Assembly (NCBI RefSeq): GCF_009914755.1
Contig: NC_060928.1
Source of the DNA: the human T2T-CHM13v2.0 reference genome, Homo sapiens
DNA length: 64,000 bases
Direction: 5' to 3' (one strand)
This document shows positions 51,345-64,000 of the stretch, in pieces (position 1 is the first letter of the stretch; every line of letters starts with the position of its first letter). Below the pieces are notes generated by a model that was given only the letters and a program-made list of their open reading frames with translations, did not search any database and was not told where the DNA came from. The position numbers were made by a program, and so were the translations under genes.

Positions 51345-54300
51345 GAGCTCTTTGAGGCCTATGGTTAAAAGGAAATATCTTCCCATAAAAACTAGACAGA
51401 AGCCATCTCAGAAACTTGTTTGTGATGTGTGTATTCAACTAACAGAGTTGAACATTTCTGTTACAGAGCAATTTTAAAACACTCTTTTTGTGGAATCTGA
51501 AAGTGGATAATTGGATAGCTTTGTGGATTTCGTTGGAAACGGGATGACGTATAAAATCTAGAGAGAAGCATTCTCAGGAACTTCTTTCTGATGTTTGCAT
51601 TCAAGTCACAGAATTGAACATTCCTTTTCATAGTGCAGGTTTGAAACACTCTTTCTGTAGTATCTGGAAGTGGACATTTCAAGCGCTTTCAGGCCTACGG
51701 GGAGAAAGGAAATATCTTCAAATAAAAACTAGACAGAAGGATTCTCAGAAACTTATTTGTGATGTGTGTCCTAAACGAGCACAGTTGAACCTTTGTTTTG
51801 ATACAGCATTTTGGAAACACTCCTTTTGTAGGATCTGCAGGTGGATATTTGGATAGATTTTAAGATTTCGTTGGAAACGGGAGTTTCTTCATAGAAACTC
51901 AAGACAGATGCATTCTCAGAAACATCTCTGTGATGTTTGCATTCCACTCATAGAGTTGAAAACTTCCTTTCATAGAGCAGGTTTGAAACACTCTTTTTGT
52001 AATATTTGGAAGTGGACATTTGCAGCGCTTTGAGGCCTATGGTGAAAAAGGAAATATCTTCTCATAAAAACCAGAAACAAGCATTCTCAGAAACTTCTTT
52101 TTGATGTGTGTACTCAAGTAACAGAGTTGAACCTTCCTTTTGACACAGCAGTTTTGAAACAATCTTTTTGTAGAATCTGCAAGTGGATATTTGGATAGCT
52201 TTGAGGATTTCGTTGGAAACGGGATATCTTCATATAAAATCTAGACAGAAGCATTCTCAGAAACTTCTTTGTGCTGTATGTCCTCAATTAACAGAGTTGA
52301 ACCATTGCTTGGATACAGCATTTTGGAAACATTCTTTGAGTAGAATCTGCAAGTTGATATTTAGATAGATTTGAAGATTTCGTTGGAAAAGGGAATATCT
52401 CCATATAAAATCTAGAGGGAAGCATTCTCAGAAACTGCTTTGTGATGTTTCCATTCAAGTCACAGAGTTGAATATTCCCTTTTATAGAGCACGTTTGAAA
52501 CACTCTTTCTGCACTATCTGGAAGTGGACATTTCGAGCGCTTTGAGGCCTATGGTGAAAAAGGAAATATCTTCCCATAAAAACTAGACAGAAGCATTCTC
52601 AGAAACTTGTTTGTGATGTGTGTATTCAACTAACAGAGTTGAACTTTTGTTTTTACAGAGCCGTTTTAAAACACTCTTTTTGTGGAATCAGAAAGTGGAT
52701 ATTCGGATGGCTCTGAGGATTTCGTTGGAAGCGGGATTACATATAAAATCTAGAGAGAAGCATTCTCAGGAACTTCTTTGTGATGTTTGCATTGAAGTCA
52801 CAGAATTGAACATTCACTTTGATAGAGCAGGTTTGAAACACTCATTCTGTAGTATCTGGAAGTGGACATTTCAAGCGCTTTCAGGCCTATGGTGAGAAAG
52901 GAAATATCTTCGAATAAAAACTAGACAGAAGCATCCTCAGAAACTTATTTGTGATGTGTGTCCTCAACTAACAGAGTTGAAACTTTGTTTTGATACAGCA
53001 TTTTGGAAACACTCTTTTTGTAGAATCTGCAGGTGGATATTTGGATAGCTTAGAGGGATTCGTTGGAAAGGGGATATCTTCATATAAAATCTAGACAGAA
53101 GCATTCTCAGAAACTTATTTGTGATGTGTGTCCTCAACTAACAGAGTTGAACCTTGGTTTTGATACAGCATTTTGGAAACACTCCTTTTGTAGAATCTGC
53201 AGGTGGATATGTGGATAGCTCTGAAGATTTCGTTGGAAACGGGAATTTCTTCATATAAAATCAAACAGAAGCATTCTCAGAAACTTCTCAGTGATGTTTG
53301 CATTCAGCTCATGGAGTTGAACACTTCCTTTCATAGAGCCGGTTTGAAACACTCTTTCTGCACTACCTGGAAGAGGACATTTCGAGCGCTTTGAGTCCTA
53401 TGGTGAAAAAGGAAATATCTTCTCATAAAAACCAGAAAGAAGCATTCTCAGAAACTTCTTTGTGTTGTGTGTACTCAAGTAACAGTGTTGAACCTTCCTT
53501 TTGACACAGCAGTTTTGAAACACTCTTTTGGTAGAATCTGCAAGTGGATATTTGGATAGCTTTGAGGATTTCGTTGGAAACGGGTTATCTTCATATAAAA
53601 TCCAGACAGGAGCATTCTCAGAAACTTCTTTGTGCTGCATGTCCTCAATTCACAGAGCTGAACCTTTGTTTGGATACAGCATTTTGGAAACATTCCTTTA
53701 GTAGAATCTGCAAGTTGATATTTAGATAGCTTTGAAGATTTCGTTGGAAACGGGAATATCTTCATAGAAAATCTAGACGGAAGCATTCTCAGAAACTGCT
53801 TTGTGATGTTTGCATTCAAGTCACAGAGTTGAATATTCCCTTTTATAGAGTAGGTTTGAAACACTCTTTCGGCACTACCTGGAAGTGGATATTTCGAGCT
53901 CTTTGAGGCCTATGGTTAAAAGGAAATATCTTCCCATAAAAACTAGACAGAAGCCGTCTCAGAAACTTGTTTGTGATGTGTGTATTCAACTAACAGAGTT
54001 GAACATTTCTGTTACAGAGCAATTTTAAAACACTCTTTTTGTGGAATCTGAAAGTGGATAATTGGATAGCTTTGTGGATTTCGTTGGAAACGGGATGACG
54101 TATAAAATCTAGAGAGAAGCATTCTCAGGAACTTCTTTCTGATGTTTGCATTCAAGTCACAGAATTGAACATTCCTTTTCATAGTGCAGGTTTGAAACAC
54201 TCTTTCTGTAGTATCTGGAAGTGGACATTTCAAGCGCTTTCAGGCCTACGGGGAGAAAGGAAATATCTTCAAATAAAAACTAGACAGAAGGATTCTCAGA

Positions 54301-57300
54301 AACTTATTTGTGATGTGTGTCCTAAACGAACACAGTTGAACCTTTGTTTTGATACAGCATTTTGGAAACACTCCTTTTGTAGGATCTGCAGGTGGATATT
54401 TGGATAGATTTTAAGATTTCGTTGGAAACGGGAGTTTCTTCATAGAAACTCAAGACAGATGCATTCTCAGAAACATCTCTGTGATGTTTGCATTCCACTC
54501 ATAGAGTTGAAAACTTCCTTTCATAGAGCAGGTTTGAAACACTCTTTTTGTAATATTTGGAAGTGGACATTTGCAGCGCTTTGAGGCCTATGGTGAAAAA
54601 GGAAATATCTTCTCATAAAAACCAGAAACAAGCATTCTCAGAAACTTCTTTTTGATGTGTGTACTCAAGTAACAGAGTTGAACCTTCCTTTTGACACAGC
54701 AGTTTTGAAACAATCTTTTTGTAGAATCTGCAAGTGGATATTTGGATAGCTTTGAGGATTTCGTTGGAAACGGGATATCTTCATATAAAATCTAGACAGA
54801 AGCATTCTCAGAAACTTCTTTGTGCTGTATGTCCTCAATTAACAGAGTTGAACCATTGCTTGGATACAGCATTTTGGAAACATTCCTTGAGTAGAATCTG
54901 CAAGTTGATATTTAGATAGATTTGAAGATTTCGTTGGAAAAGGGAATATCTCCATATAAAATCTAGAGGGAAGCATTCTCAGAAACTGCTTTGTGATGTT
55001 TCCATTCAAGTCACAGAGTTGAATATTCCCTTTTATAGAGCACGTTTGAAACACTCTTTCTGCACTATCTGGAAGTGGACATTTCGAGCGCTTTGAGGCC
55101 TATGGTGAAAAAGGAAATATCTTCCCATAAAAACTAGACAGAAGCATTCTCAGAAACTTGTTTGTGATGTGTGTATTCAACTAACAGAGTTGAACTTTTG
55201 TTTTTACAGAGCCGTTTTAAAACACTCTTTTTGTGGAATCAGAAAGTGGATATTCGGATGGCTCTGAGGATTTCGTTGGAAGCGGGATTACATATAAAAT
55301 CTAGAGAGAAGCATTCTCAGGAACTTCTTTGTGATGTTTGCATTGAAGTCACAGAATTGAACATTCACTTTGATAGAGCAGGTTTGAAACACTCATTCTG
55401 TAGTATCTGGAAGTGGACATTTCAAGCGCTTTCAGGCCTATGGTGAGAAAGGAAATATCTTCGAATAAAAACTAGACAGAAGCATCCTCAGAAACTTATT
55501 TGTGATGTGTGTCCTCAACTAACAGAGTTGAAACTTTGTTTTGATACAGCATTTTGGAAACACTCTTTTTGTAGAATCTGCAGGTGGATATTTGGATAGC
55601 TTAGAGGGATTCGTTGGAAAGGGGATATCTTCATATAAAATCTAGACAGAAGCATTCTCAGAAACTTATTTGTGATGTGTGTCCTCAACTAACAGAGTTG
55701 AACCTTGGTTTTGATACAGCATTTTGGAAACACTCCTTTTGTAGAATCTGCAGGTGGATATGTGGATAGCTCTGAAGATTTCGTTGGAAACGGGAATTTC
55801 TTCATATAAAATCAAACAGAAGCATTCTCAGAAACTTCTCAGTGATGTTTGCATTCAGCTCATGGAGTTGAACACTTCCTTTCATAGAGCCGGTTTGAAA
55901 CACTCTTTCTGCACTACCTGGAAGAGGACATTTCGAGCGCTTTGAGTCCTATGGTGAAAAAGGAAATATCTTCTCATAAAAACCAGAAAGAAGCATTCTC
56001 AGAAACTTCTTTGTGTTGTGTGTACTCAAGTAACAGTGTTGAACCTTCCTTTTGACACAGCAGTTTTGAAACACTCTTTTGGTAGAATCTGCAAGTGGAT
56101 ATTTGGATAGCTTTGAGGATTTCGTTGGAAACGGGTTATCTTCATATAAAATCCAGACAGGAGCATTCTCAGAAACTTCTTTGTGCTGCATGTCCTCAAT
56201 TCACAGAGCTGAACCTTTGTTTGGATACAGCATTTTGGAAACATTCCTTTAGTAGAATCTGCAAGTTGATATTTAGATAGCTTTGAAGATTTCGTTGGAA
56301 ACGGGAATATCTTCATAGAAAATCTAGACGGAAGCATTCTCAGAAACTGCTTTGTGATGTTTGCATTCAAGTCACAGAGTTGAATATTCCCTTTTATAGA
56401 GTAGGTTTGAAACACTCTTTCGGCACTACCTGGAAGTGGATATTTCGAGCTCTTTGAGGCCTATGGTTAAAAGGAAATATCTTCCCATAAAAACTAGACA
56501 GAAGCCGTCTCAGAAACTTGTTTGTGATGTGTGTATTCAACTAACAGAGTTGAACATTTCTGTTACAGAGCAATTTTAAAACACTCTTTTTGTGGAATCT
56601 GAAAGTGGATAATTAGATAGCTTTGTGGATTTCGTTGGAAACGGGATGACGTATAAAATCTAGAGAGAAGCATTCTCAGGAACTTCTTTCTGATGTTTGC
56701 ATTCAAGTCACAGAATTGAACATTCCTTTTCATAGTGCAGGTTTGAAACACTCTTTCTGTAGTATCTGGAAGTGGACATTTCAAGCGCTTTCAGGCCTAC
56801 GGGGAGAAAGGAAATATCTTCAAATAAAAACTAGACAGAAGGATTCTCAGAAACTTATTTGTGATGTGTGTCCTAAACGAACACAGTTGAACCTTTGTTT
56901 TGATACAGCATTTTGGAAACACTCCTTTTGTAGGATCTGCAGGTGGATATTTGGATAGATTTTAAGATTTCGTTGGAAACGGGAGTTTCTTCATAGAAAC
57001 TCAAGACAGATGCATTCTCAGAAACATCTCTGTGATGTTTGCATTCCACTCATAGAGTTGAAAACTTCCTTTCATAGAGCAGGTTTGAAACACTCTTTTT
57101 GTAATATTTGGAAGTGGACATTTGCAGCGCTTTGAGGCCTATGGTGAAAAAGGAAATATCTTCTCATAAAAACCAGAAACAAGCATTCTCAGAAACTTCT
57201 TTTTGATGTGTGTACTCAAGTAACAGAGTTGAACCTTCCTTTTGACACAGCAGTTTTGAAACAATCTTTTTGTAGAATCTGCAAGTGGATATTTGGATAG

Positions 57301-60300
57301 CTTTGAGGATTTCGTTGGAAACGGGATATCTTCATATAAAATCTAGACAGAAGCATTCTCAGAAACTTCTTTGTGCTGTATGTCCTCAATTAACAGAGTT
57401 GAACCATTGCTTGGATACAGCATTTTGGAAACATTCCTTGAGTAGAATCTGCAAGTTGATATTTAGATAGATTTGAAGATTTCGTTGGAAAAGGGAATAT
57501 CTCCATATAAAATCTAGAGGGAAGCATTCTCAGAAACTGCTTTGTGATGTTTCCATTCAAGTCACAGAGTTGAATATTCCCTTTTATAGAGCACGTTTGA
57601 AACACTCTTTCTGCACTATCTGGAAGTGGACATTTCGAGCGCTTTGAGGCCTATGGTGAAAAAGGAAATATCTTCCCATAAAAACTAGACAGAAGCATTC
57701 TCAGAAACTTGTTTGTGATGTGTGTATTCAACTAACAGAGTTGAACTTTTGTTTTTACAGAGCCGTTTTAAAACACTCTTTTTGTGGAATCAGAAAGTGG
57801 ATATTCGGATGGCTCTGAGGATTTCGTTGGAAGCGGGATTACATATAAAATCTAGAGAGAAGCATTCTCAGGAACTTCTTTGTGATGTTTGCATTGAAGT
57901 CACAGAATTGAACATTCACTTTGATAGAGCAGGTTTGAAACACTCATTCTGTAGTATCTGGAAGTGGACATTTCAAGCGCTTTCAGGCCTATGGTGAGAA
58001 AGGAAATATCTTCGAATAAAAACTAGACAGAAGCATCCTCAGAAACTTATTTGTGATGTGTGTCCTCAACTAACAGAGTTGAAACTTTGTTTTGATACAG
58101 CATTTTGGAAACACTCTTTTTGTAGAATCTGCAGGTGGATATTTGGATAGCTTAGAGGGATTCGTTGGAAAGGGGATATCTTCATATAAAATCTAGACAG
58201 AAGCATTCTCAGAAACTTATTTGTGATGTGTGTCCTCAACTAACAGAGTTGAACCTTGGTTTTGATACAGCATTTTGGAAACACTCCTTTTGTAGAATCT
58301 GCAGGTGGATATGTGGATAGCTCTGAAGATTTCGTTGGAAACGGGAATTTCTTCATATAAAATCAAACAGAAGCATTCTCAGAAACTTCTCAGTGATGTT
58401 TGCATTCAGCTCATGGAGTTGAACACTTCCTTTCATAGAGCCGGTTTGAAACACTCTTTCTGCACTACCTGGAAGAGGACATTTCGAGCGCTTTGAGTCC
58501 TATGGTGAAAAAGGAAATATCTTCTCATAAAAACCAGAAAGAAGCATTCTCAGAAACTTCTTTGTGTTGTGTGTACTCAAGTAACAGTGTTGAACCTTCC
58601 TTTTGACACAGCAGTTTTGAAACACTCTTTTGGTAGAATCTGCAAGTGGATATTTGGATAGCTTTGAGGATTTCGTTGGAAACGGGTTATCTTCATATAA
58701 AATCCAGACAGGAGCATTCTCAGAAACTTCTTTGTGCTGCATGTCCTCAATTCACAGAGCTGAACCTTTGTTTGGATACAGCATTTTGGAAACATTCCTT
58801 TAGTAGAATCTGCAAGTTGATATTTAGATAGCTTTGAAGATTTCGTTGGAAACGGGAATATCTTCATAGAAAATCTAGACGGAAGCATTCTCAGAAACTG
58901 CTTTGTGATGTTTGCATTCAAGTCACAGAGTTGAATATTCCCTTTTATAGAGTAGGTTTGAAACACTCTTTCGGCACTACCTGGAAGTGGATATTTCGAG
59001 CTCTTTGAGGCCTATGGTTAAAAGGAAATATCTTCCCATAAAAACTAGACAGAAGCCGTCTCAGAAACTTGTTTGTGATGTGTGTATTCAACTAACAGAG
59101 TTGAACATTTCTGTTACAGAGCAATTTTAAAACACTCTTTTTGTGGAATCTGAAAGTGGATAATTAGATAGCTTTGTGGATTTCGTTGGAAACGGGATGA
59201 CGTATAAAATCTAGAGAGAAGCATTCTCAGGAACTTCTTTCTGATGTTTGCATTCAAGTCACAGAATTGAACATTCCTTTTCATAGTGCAGGTTTGAAAC
59301 ACTCTTTCTGTAGTATCTGGAAGTGGACATTTCAAGCGCTTTCAGGCCTACGGGGAGAAAGGAAATATCTTCAAATAAAAACTAGACAGAAGGATTCTCA
59401 GAAACTTATTTGGGATGTGTGTCCTAAACGAACACAGTTGAACCTTTGTTTTGATACAGCATTTTGGAAACACTCCTTTTGTAGGATCTGCAGGTGGATA
59501 TTTGGATAGATTTTAAGATTTCGTTGGAAACGGGAGTTTCTTCATAGAAACTCAAGACAGATGCATTCTCAGAAACATCTCTGTGATGTTTGCATTCCAC
59601 TCATAGAGTTGAAAACTTCCTTTCATAGAGCAGGTTTGAAACACTCTTTTTGTAATATTTGGAAGTGGACATTTGCAGCGCTTTGAGGCCTATGGTGAAA
59701 AAGGAAATATCTTCTCATAAAAACCAGAAACAAGCATTCTCAGAAACTTCTTTTTGATGTGTGTACTCAAGTAACAGAGTTGAACCTTCCTTTTGACACA
59801 GCAGTTTTGAAACAATCTTTTTGTAGAATCTGCAAGTGGATATTTGGATAGCTTTGAGGATTTCGTTGGAAACGGGATATCTTCATATAAAATCTAGACA
59901 GAAGCATTCTCAGAAACTTCTTTGTGCTGTATGTCCTCAATTAACAGAGTTGAACCATTGCTTGGATACAGCATTTTGGAAACATTCCTTGAGTAGAATC
60001 TGCAAGTTGATATTTAGATAGATTTGAAGATTTCGTTGGAAAAGGGAATATCTCCATATAAAATCTAGAGGGAAGCATTCTCAGAAACTGCTTTGTGATG
60101 TTTCCATTCAAGTCACAGAGTTGAATATTCCCTTTTATAGAGCACGTTTGAAACACTCTTTCTGCACTATCTGGAAGTGGACATTTCGAGCGCTTTGAGG
60201 CCTATGGTGAAAAAGGAAATATCTTCCCATAAAAACTAGACAGAAGCATTCTCAGAAACTTGTTTGTGATGTGTGTATTCAACTAACAGAGTTGAACTTT

Positions 60301-63300
60301 TGTTTTTACAGAGCCGTTTTAAAACACTCTTTTTGTGGAATCAGAAAGTGGATATTCGGATGGCTCTGAGGATTTCGTTGGAAGCGGGATTACATATAAA
60401 ATCTAGAGAGAAGCATTCTCAGGAACTTCTTTGTGATGTTTGCATTGAAGTCACAGAATTGAACATTCACTTTGATAGAGCAGGTTTGAAACACTCATTC
60501 TGTAGTATCTGGAAGTGGACATTTCAAGCGCTTTCAGGCCTATGGTGAGAAAGGAAATATCTTCGAATAAAAACTAGACAGAAGCATCCTCAGAAACTTA
60601 TTTGTGATGTGTGTCCTCAACTAACAGAGTTGAAACTTTGTTTTGATACAGCATTTTGGAAACACTCTTTTTGTAGAATCTGCAGGTGGATATTTGGATA
60701 GCTTAGAGGGATTCGTTGGAAAGGGGATATCTTCATATAAAATCTAGACAGAAGCATTCTCAGAAACTTATTTGTGATGTGTGTCCTCAACTAACAGAGT
60801 TGAACCTTGGTTTTGATACAGCATTTTGGAAACACTCCTTTTGTAGAATCTGCAGGTGGATATGTGGATAGCTCTGAAGACTTCGTTGGAAACGGGAATT
60901 TCTTCATATAAAATCAAACAGAAGCATTCTCAGAAACTTCTCAGTGATGTTTGCATTCAGCTCATGGAGTTGAACACTTCCTTTCATAGAGCCGGTTTGA
61001 AACACTCTTTCTGCACTACCTGGAAGAGGACATTTCGAGCGCTTTGAGTCCTATGGTGAAAAAGGAAATATCTTCTCATAAAAACCAGAAAGAAGCATTC
61101 TCAGAAACTTCTTTGTGTTGTGTGTACTCAAGTAACAGTGTTGAACCTTCCTTTTGACACAGCAGTTTTGAAACACTCTTTTGGTAGAATCTGCAAGTGG
61201 ATATTTGGATAGCTTTGAGGATTTCGTTGGAAACGGGTTATCTTCATATAAAATCCAGACAGGAGCATTCTCAGAAACTTCTTTGTGCTGCATGTCCTCA
61301 ATTCACAGAGCTGAACCTTTGTTTGGATACAGCATTTTGGAAACATTCCTTTAGTAGAATCTGCAAGTTGATATTTAGATAGCTTTGAAGATTTCGTTGG
61401 AAACGGGAATATCTTCATAGAAAATCTAGACGGAAGCATTCTCAGAAACTGCTTTGTGATGTTTGCATTCAAGTCACAGAGTTGAATATTCCCTTTTATA
61501 GAGTAGGTTTGAAACACTCTTTCGGCACTACCTGGAAGTGGATATTTCGAGCTCTTTGAGGCCTATGGTTAAAAGGAAATATCTTCCCATAAAAACTAGA
61601 CAGAAGCCGTCTCAGAAACTTGTTTGTGATGTGTGTATTCAACTAACAGAGTTGAACATTTCTGTTACAGAGCAATTTTAAAACACTCTTTTTGTGGAAT
61701 CTGAAAGTGGATAATTGGATAGCTTTGTGGATTTCGTTGGAAACGGGATGACGTATAAAATCTAGAGAGAAGCATTCTCAGGAACTTCTTTCTGATGTTT
61801 GCATTCAAGTCACAGAATTGAACATTCCTTTTCATAGTGCAGGTTTGAAACACTCTTTCTGTAGTATCTGGAAGTGGACATTTCAAGCGCTTTCAGGCCT
61901 ACGGGGAGAAAGGAAATATCTTCAAATAAAAACTAGACAGAAGGATTCTCAGAAACTTATTTGGGATGTGTGTCCTAAACGAACACAGTTGAACCTTTGT
62001 TTTGATACAGCATTTTGGAAACACTCCTTTTGTAGGATCTGCAGGTGGATATTTGGATAGATTTTAAGATTTCGTTGGAAACGGGAGTTTCTTCATAGAA
62101 ACTCAAGACAGATGCATTCTCAGAAACATCTCTGTGATGTTTGCATTCCACTCATAGAGTTGAAAACTTCCTTTCATAGAGCAGGTTTGAAACACTCTTT
62201 TTGTAATATTTGGAAGTGGACATTTGCAGCGCTTTGAGGCCTATGGTGAAAAAGGAAATATCTTCTCATAAAAACCAGAAACAAGCATTCTCAGAAACTT
62301 CTTTTTGATGTGTGTACTCAAGTAACAGAGTTGAACCTTCCTTTTGACACAGCAGTTTTGAAACAATCTTTTTGTAGAATCTGCAAGTGGATATTTGGAT
62401 AGCTTTGAGGATTTCGTTGGAAACGGGATATCTTCATATAAAATCTAGACAGAAGCATTCTCAGAAACTTCTTTGTGCTGTATGTCCTCAATTAACAGAG
62501 TTGAACCATTGCTTGGATACAGCATTTTGGAAACATTCCTTGAGTAGAATCTGCAAGTTGATATTTAGATAGATTTGAAGATTTCGTTGGAAAAGGGAAT
62601 ATCTCCATATAAAATCTAGAGGGAAGCATTCTCAGAAACTGCTTTGTGATGTTTCCATTCAAGTCACAGAGTTGAATATTCCCTTTTATAGAGCACGTTT
62701 GAAACACTCTTTCTGCACTATCTGGAAGTGGACATTTCGAGCGCTTTGAGGCCTATGGTGAAAAAGGAAATATCTTCCCATAAAAACTAGACAGAAGCAT
62801 TCTCAGAAACTTGTTTGTGATGTGTGTATTCAACTAACAGAGTTGAACTTTTGTTTTTACAGAGCCGTTTTAAAACACTCTTTTTGTGGAATCAGAAAGT
62901 GGATATTCGGATGGCTCTGAGGATTTCGTTGGAAGCGGGATTACATATAAAATCTAGAGAGAAGCATTCTCAGGAACTTCTTTGTGATGTTTGCATTGAA
63001 GTCACAGAATTGAACATTCACTTTGATAGAGCAGGTTTGAAACACTCATTCTGTAGTATCTGGAAGTGGACATTTCAAGCGCTTTCAGGCCTATGGTGAG
63101 AAAGGAAATATCTTCGAATAAAAACTAGACAGAAGCATCCTCAGAAACTTATTTGTGATGTGTGTCCTCAACTAACAGAGTTGAAACTTTGTTTTGATAC
63201 AGCATTTTGGAAACACTCTTTTTGTAGAATCTGCAGGTGGATATTTGGATAGCTTAGAGGGATTCGTTGGAAAGGGGATATCTTCATATAAAATCTAGAC

Positions 63301-64000
63301 AGAAGCATTCTCAGAAACTTATTTGTGATGTGTGTCCTCAACTAACAGAGTTGAACCTTGGTTTTGATACAGCATTTTGGAAACACTCCTTTTGTAGAAT
63401 CTGCAGGTGGATATGTGGATAGCTCTGAAGATTTCGTTGGAAACGGGAATTTCTTCATATAAAATCAAACAGAAGCATTCTCAGAAACTTCTCAGTGATG
63501 TTTGCATTCAGCTCATGGAGTTGAACACTTCCTTTCATAGAGCCGGTTTGAAACACTCTTTCTGCACTACCTGGAAGAGGCCATTTCGAGCGCTTTGAGT
63601 CCTATGGTGAAAAAGGAAATATCTTCTCATAAAAACCAGAAAGAAGCATTCTCAGAAACTTCTTTGTGTTGTGTGTACTCATGTAACAGTGTTGAACCTT
63701 CCTTTTGACACAGCAGTTTTGAAACACTCTTTTGGTAGAATCTGCAAGTGGATATTTGGATAGCTTTGAGGATTTCGTTGGAAACGGGTTATCTTCATAT
63801 AAAATCCAGACAGGAGCATTCTCAGAAACTTCTTTGTGCTGCATGTCCTCAATTCACAGAGCTGAACCTTTGTTTGGATACAGCATTTTGGAAACATTCC
63901 TTTAGTAGAATCTGCAAGTTGATATTTAGATAGCTTTGAAGATTTCGTTGGAAACGGGAATATCTTCATAGAAAATCTAGACGGAAGCATTCTCAGAAAC
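51345..64000 (+). repeat. Run of 15-mer HORs (four complete, one truncated by the window end)
   Basis: Anchors at 51345, 53896, 56447, 58998 and 61549 (spacing 2551). Confidence 0.92.

Larger units (their letters stand above)
1..64000 (+). repeat. Centromeric alpha-satellite HOR array, SF2 (D1/D2) type, probably D4Z1 (human chr4 centromere)
   Basis: Continuous 166-171 bp monomers starting CATTCTCAGAAAC. B-type ends (GGATAGCTTTGAGGATTTCGTTGGAAACGGGA) alternate with A-type ends (GAGGCCTATGGTGAAAAAGGAAATATCT). Near-identical copies recur at 3232, 2551, 1359 and 2042 bp. Alpha-satellite identity is essentially certain; the D4Z1 assignment comes from the 19-mer/15-mer sizes and SF2 type (about 0.8). 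Confidence 0.97.

Noticed and set aside
263-63990. About 200 short ORFs (61-129 aa) on both strands, e.g. MKCPLPDTTERV..., MFQTYSIKGNIQ..., MDIWIALRISLETG...
   Set aside because: They are translations of alpha-satellite monomers recurring at HOR periodicity. They overlap on both strands, often use GTG/TTG starts, are broken by single SNVs and show no recognisable domain. I used them only as periodicity markers.
1-64000. CRISPR-like appearance (conserved CATTCTCAGAAAC or TTCGTTGGAAACGGG motifs at regular spacing)
   Set aside because: The intervening sequences are homologous to one another rather than unique spacers, the period is ~171 bp, and there are no cas genes.
1-64000. Possible transposon insertion (L1/Alu), inversion or non-satellite island
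   Set aside because: All anchor spacings are fully explained by whole-monomer units plus one 4-bp insertion. Orientation is constant, with no poly-A tail or target-site duplication seen.
1-64000. Assignment to other arrays (D9Z4; DXZ1 12-mer; D17Z1 15/16-mer)
   Set aside because: Monomers are D1/D2-like rather than pentameric SF3. The 7/8/4 modules are clearly diverged from each other and are homogenised as a 19/15-mer, unlike a live 7-mer array. Not confirmed by alignment.
1-64000. A previously undescribed gene-based biological system
   Set aside because: Nothing in the window supports one. Any novelty is limited to satellite structural variants and their mutational history, some of which may already be catalogued in T2T or pangenome centromere annotations.

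Overview
The whole 64 kb window is an uninterrupted, single-orientation, highly homogeneous centromeric alpha-satellite array of ~171-bp monomers. A-type (pJ-alpha) and B-type (CENP-B box) monomers match suprachromosomal family 2 (D1/D2). The 3232-bp 19-monomer higher-order repeat (HOR) with a 2551-bp 15-mer variant best fits the human chromosome 4 array D4Z1; this rests on HOR size and family, not on a database search. I see no genes, transposon insertions or inversions, and all listed ORFs are satellite artefacts. I label monomers a-o (15-mer, a starting at 35) plus p-s (the extra four in the 19-mer). Using the single GAGCTC in monomer a as phase, the unit order is 15,8,15,8,15,15,19,19,19,(19+12),19,19,19,19,19,8,15,19,15,15,15,15,15(partial). 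I found no new gene system. The interesting content is array architecture: a 7+8+4 modular 19-mer, deletion variants with breakpoints mappable to identity tracts, haplotype blocks, differing CENP-B box density between variants, and a palindrome-creating 4-bp insertion. SNV positions were read by eye.
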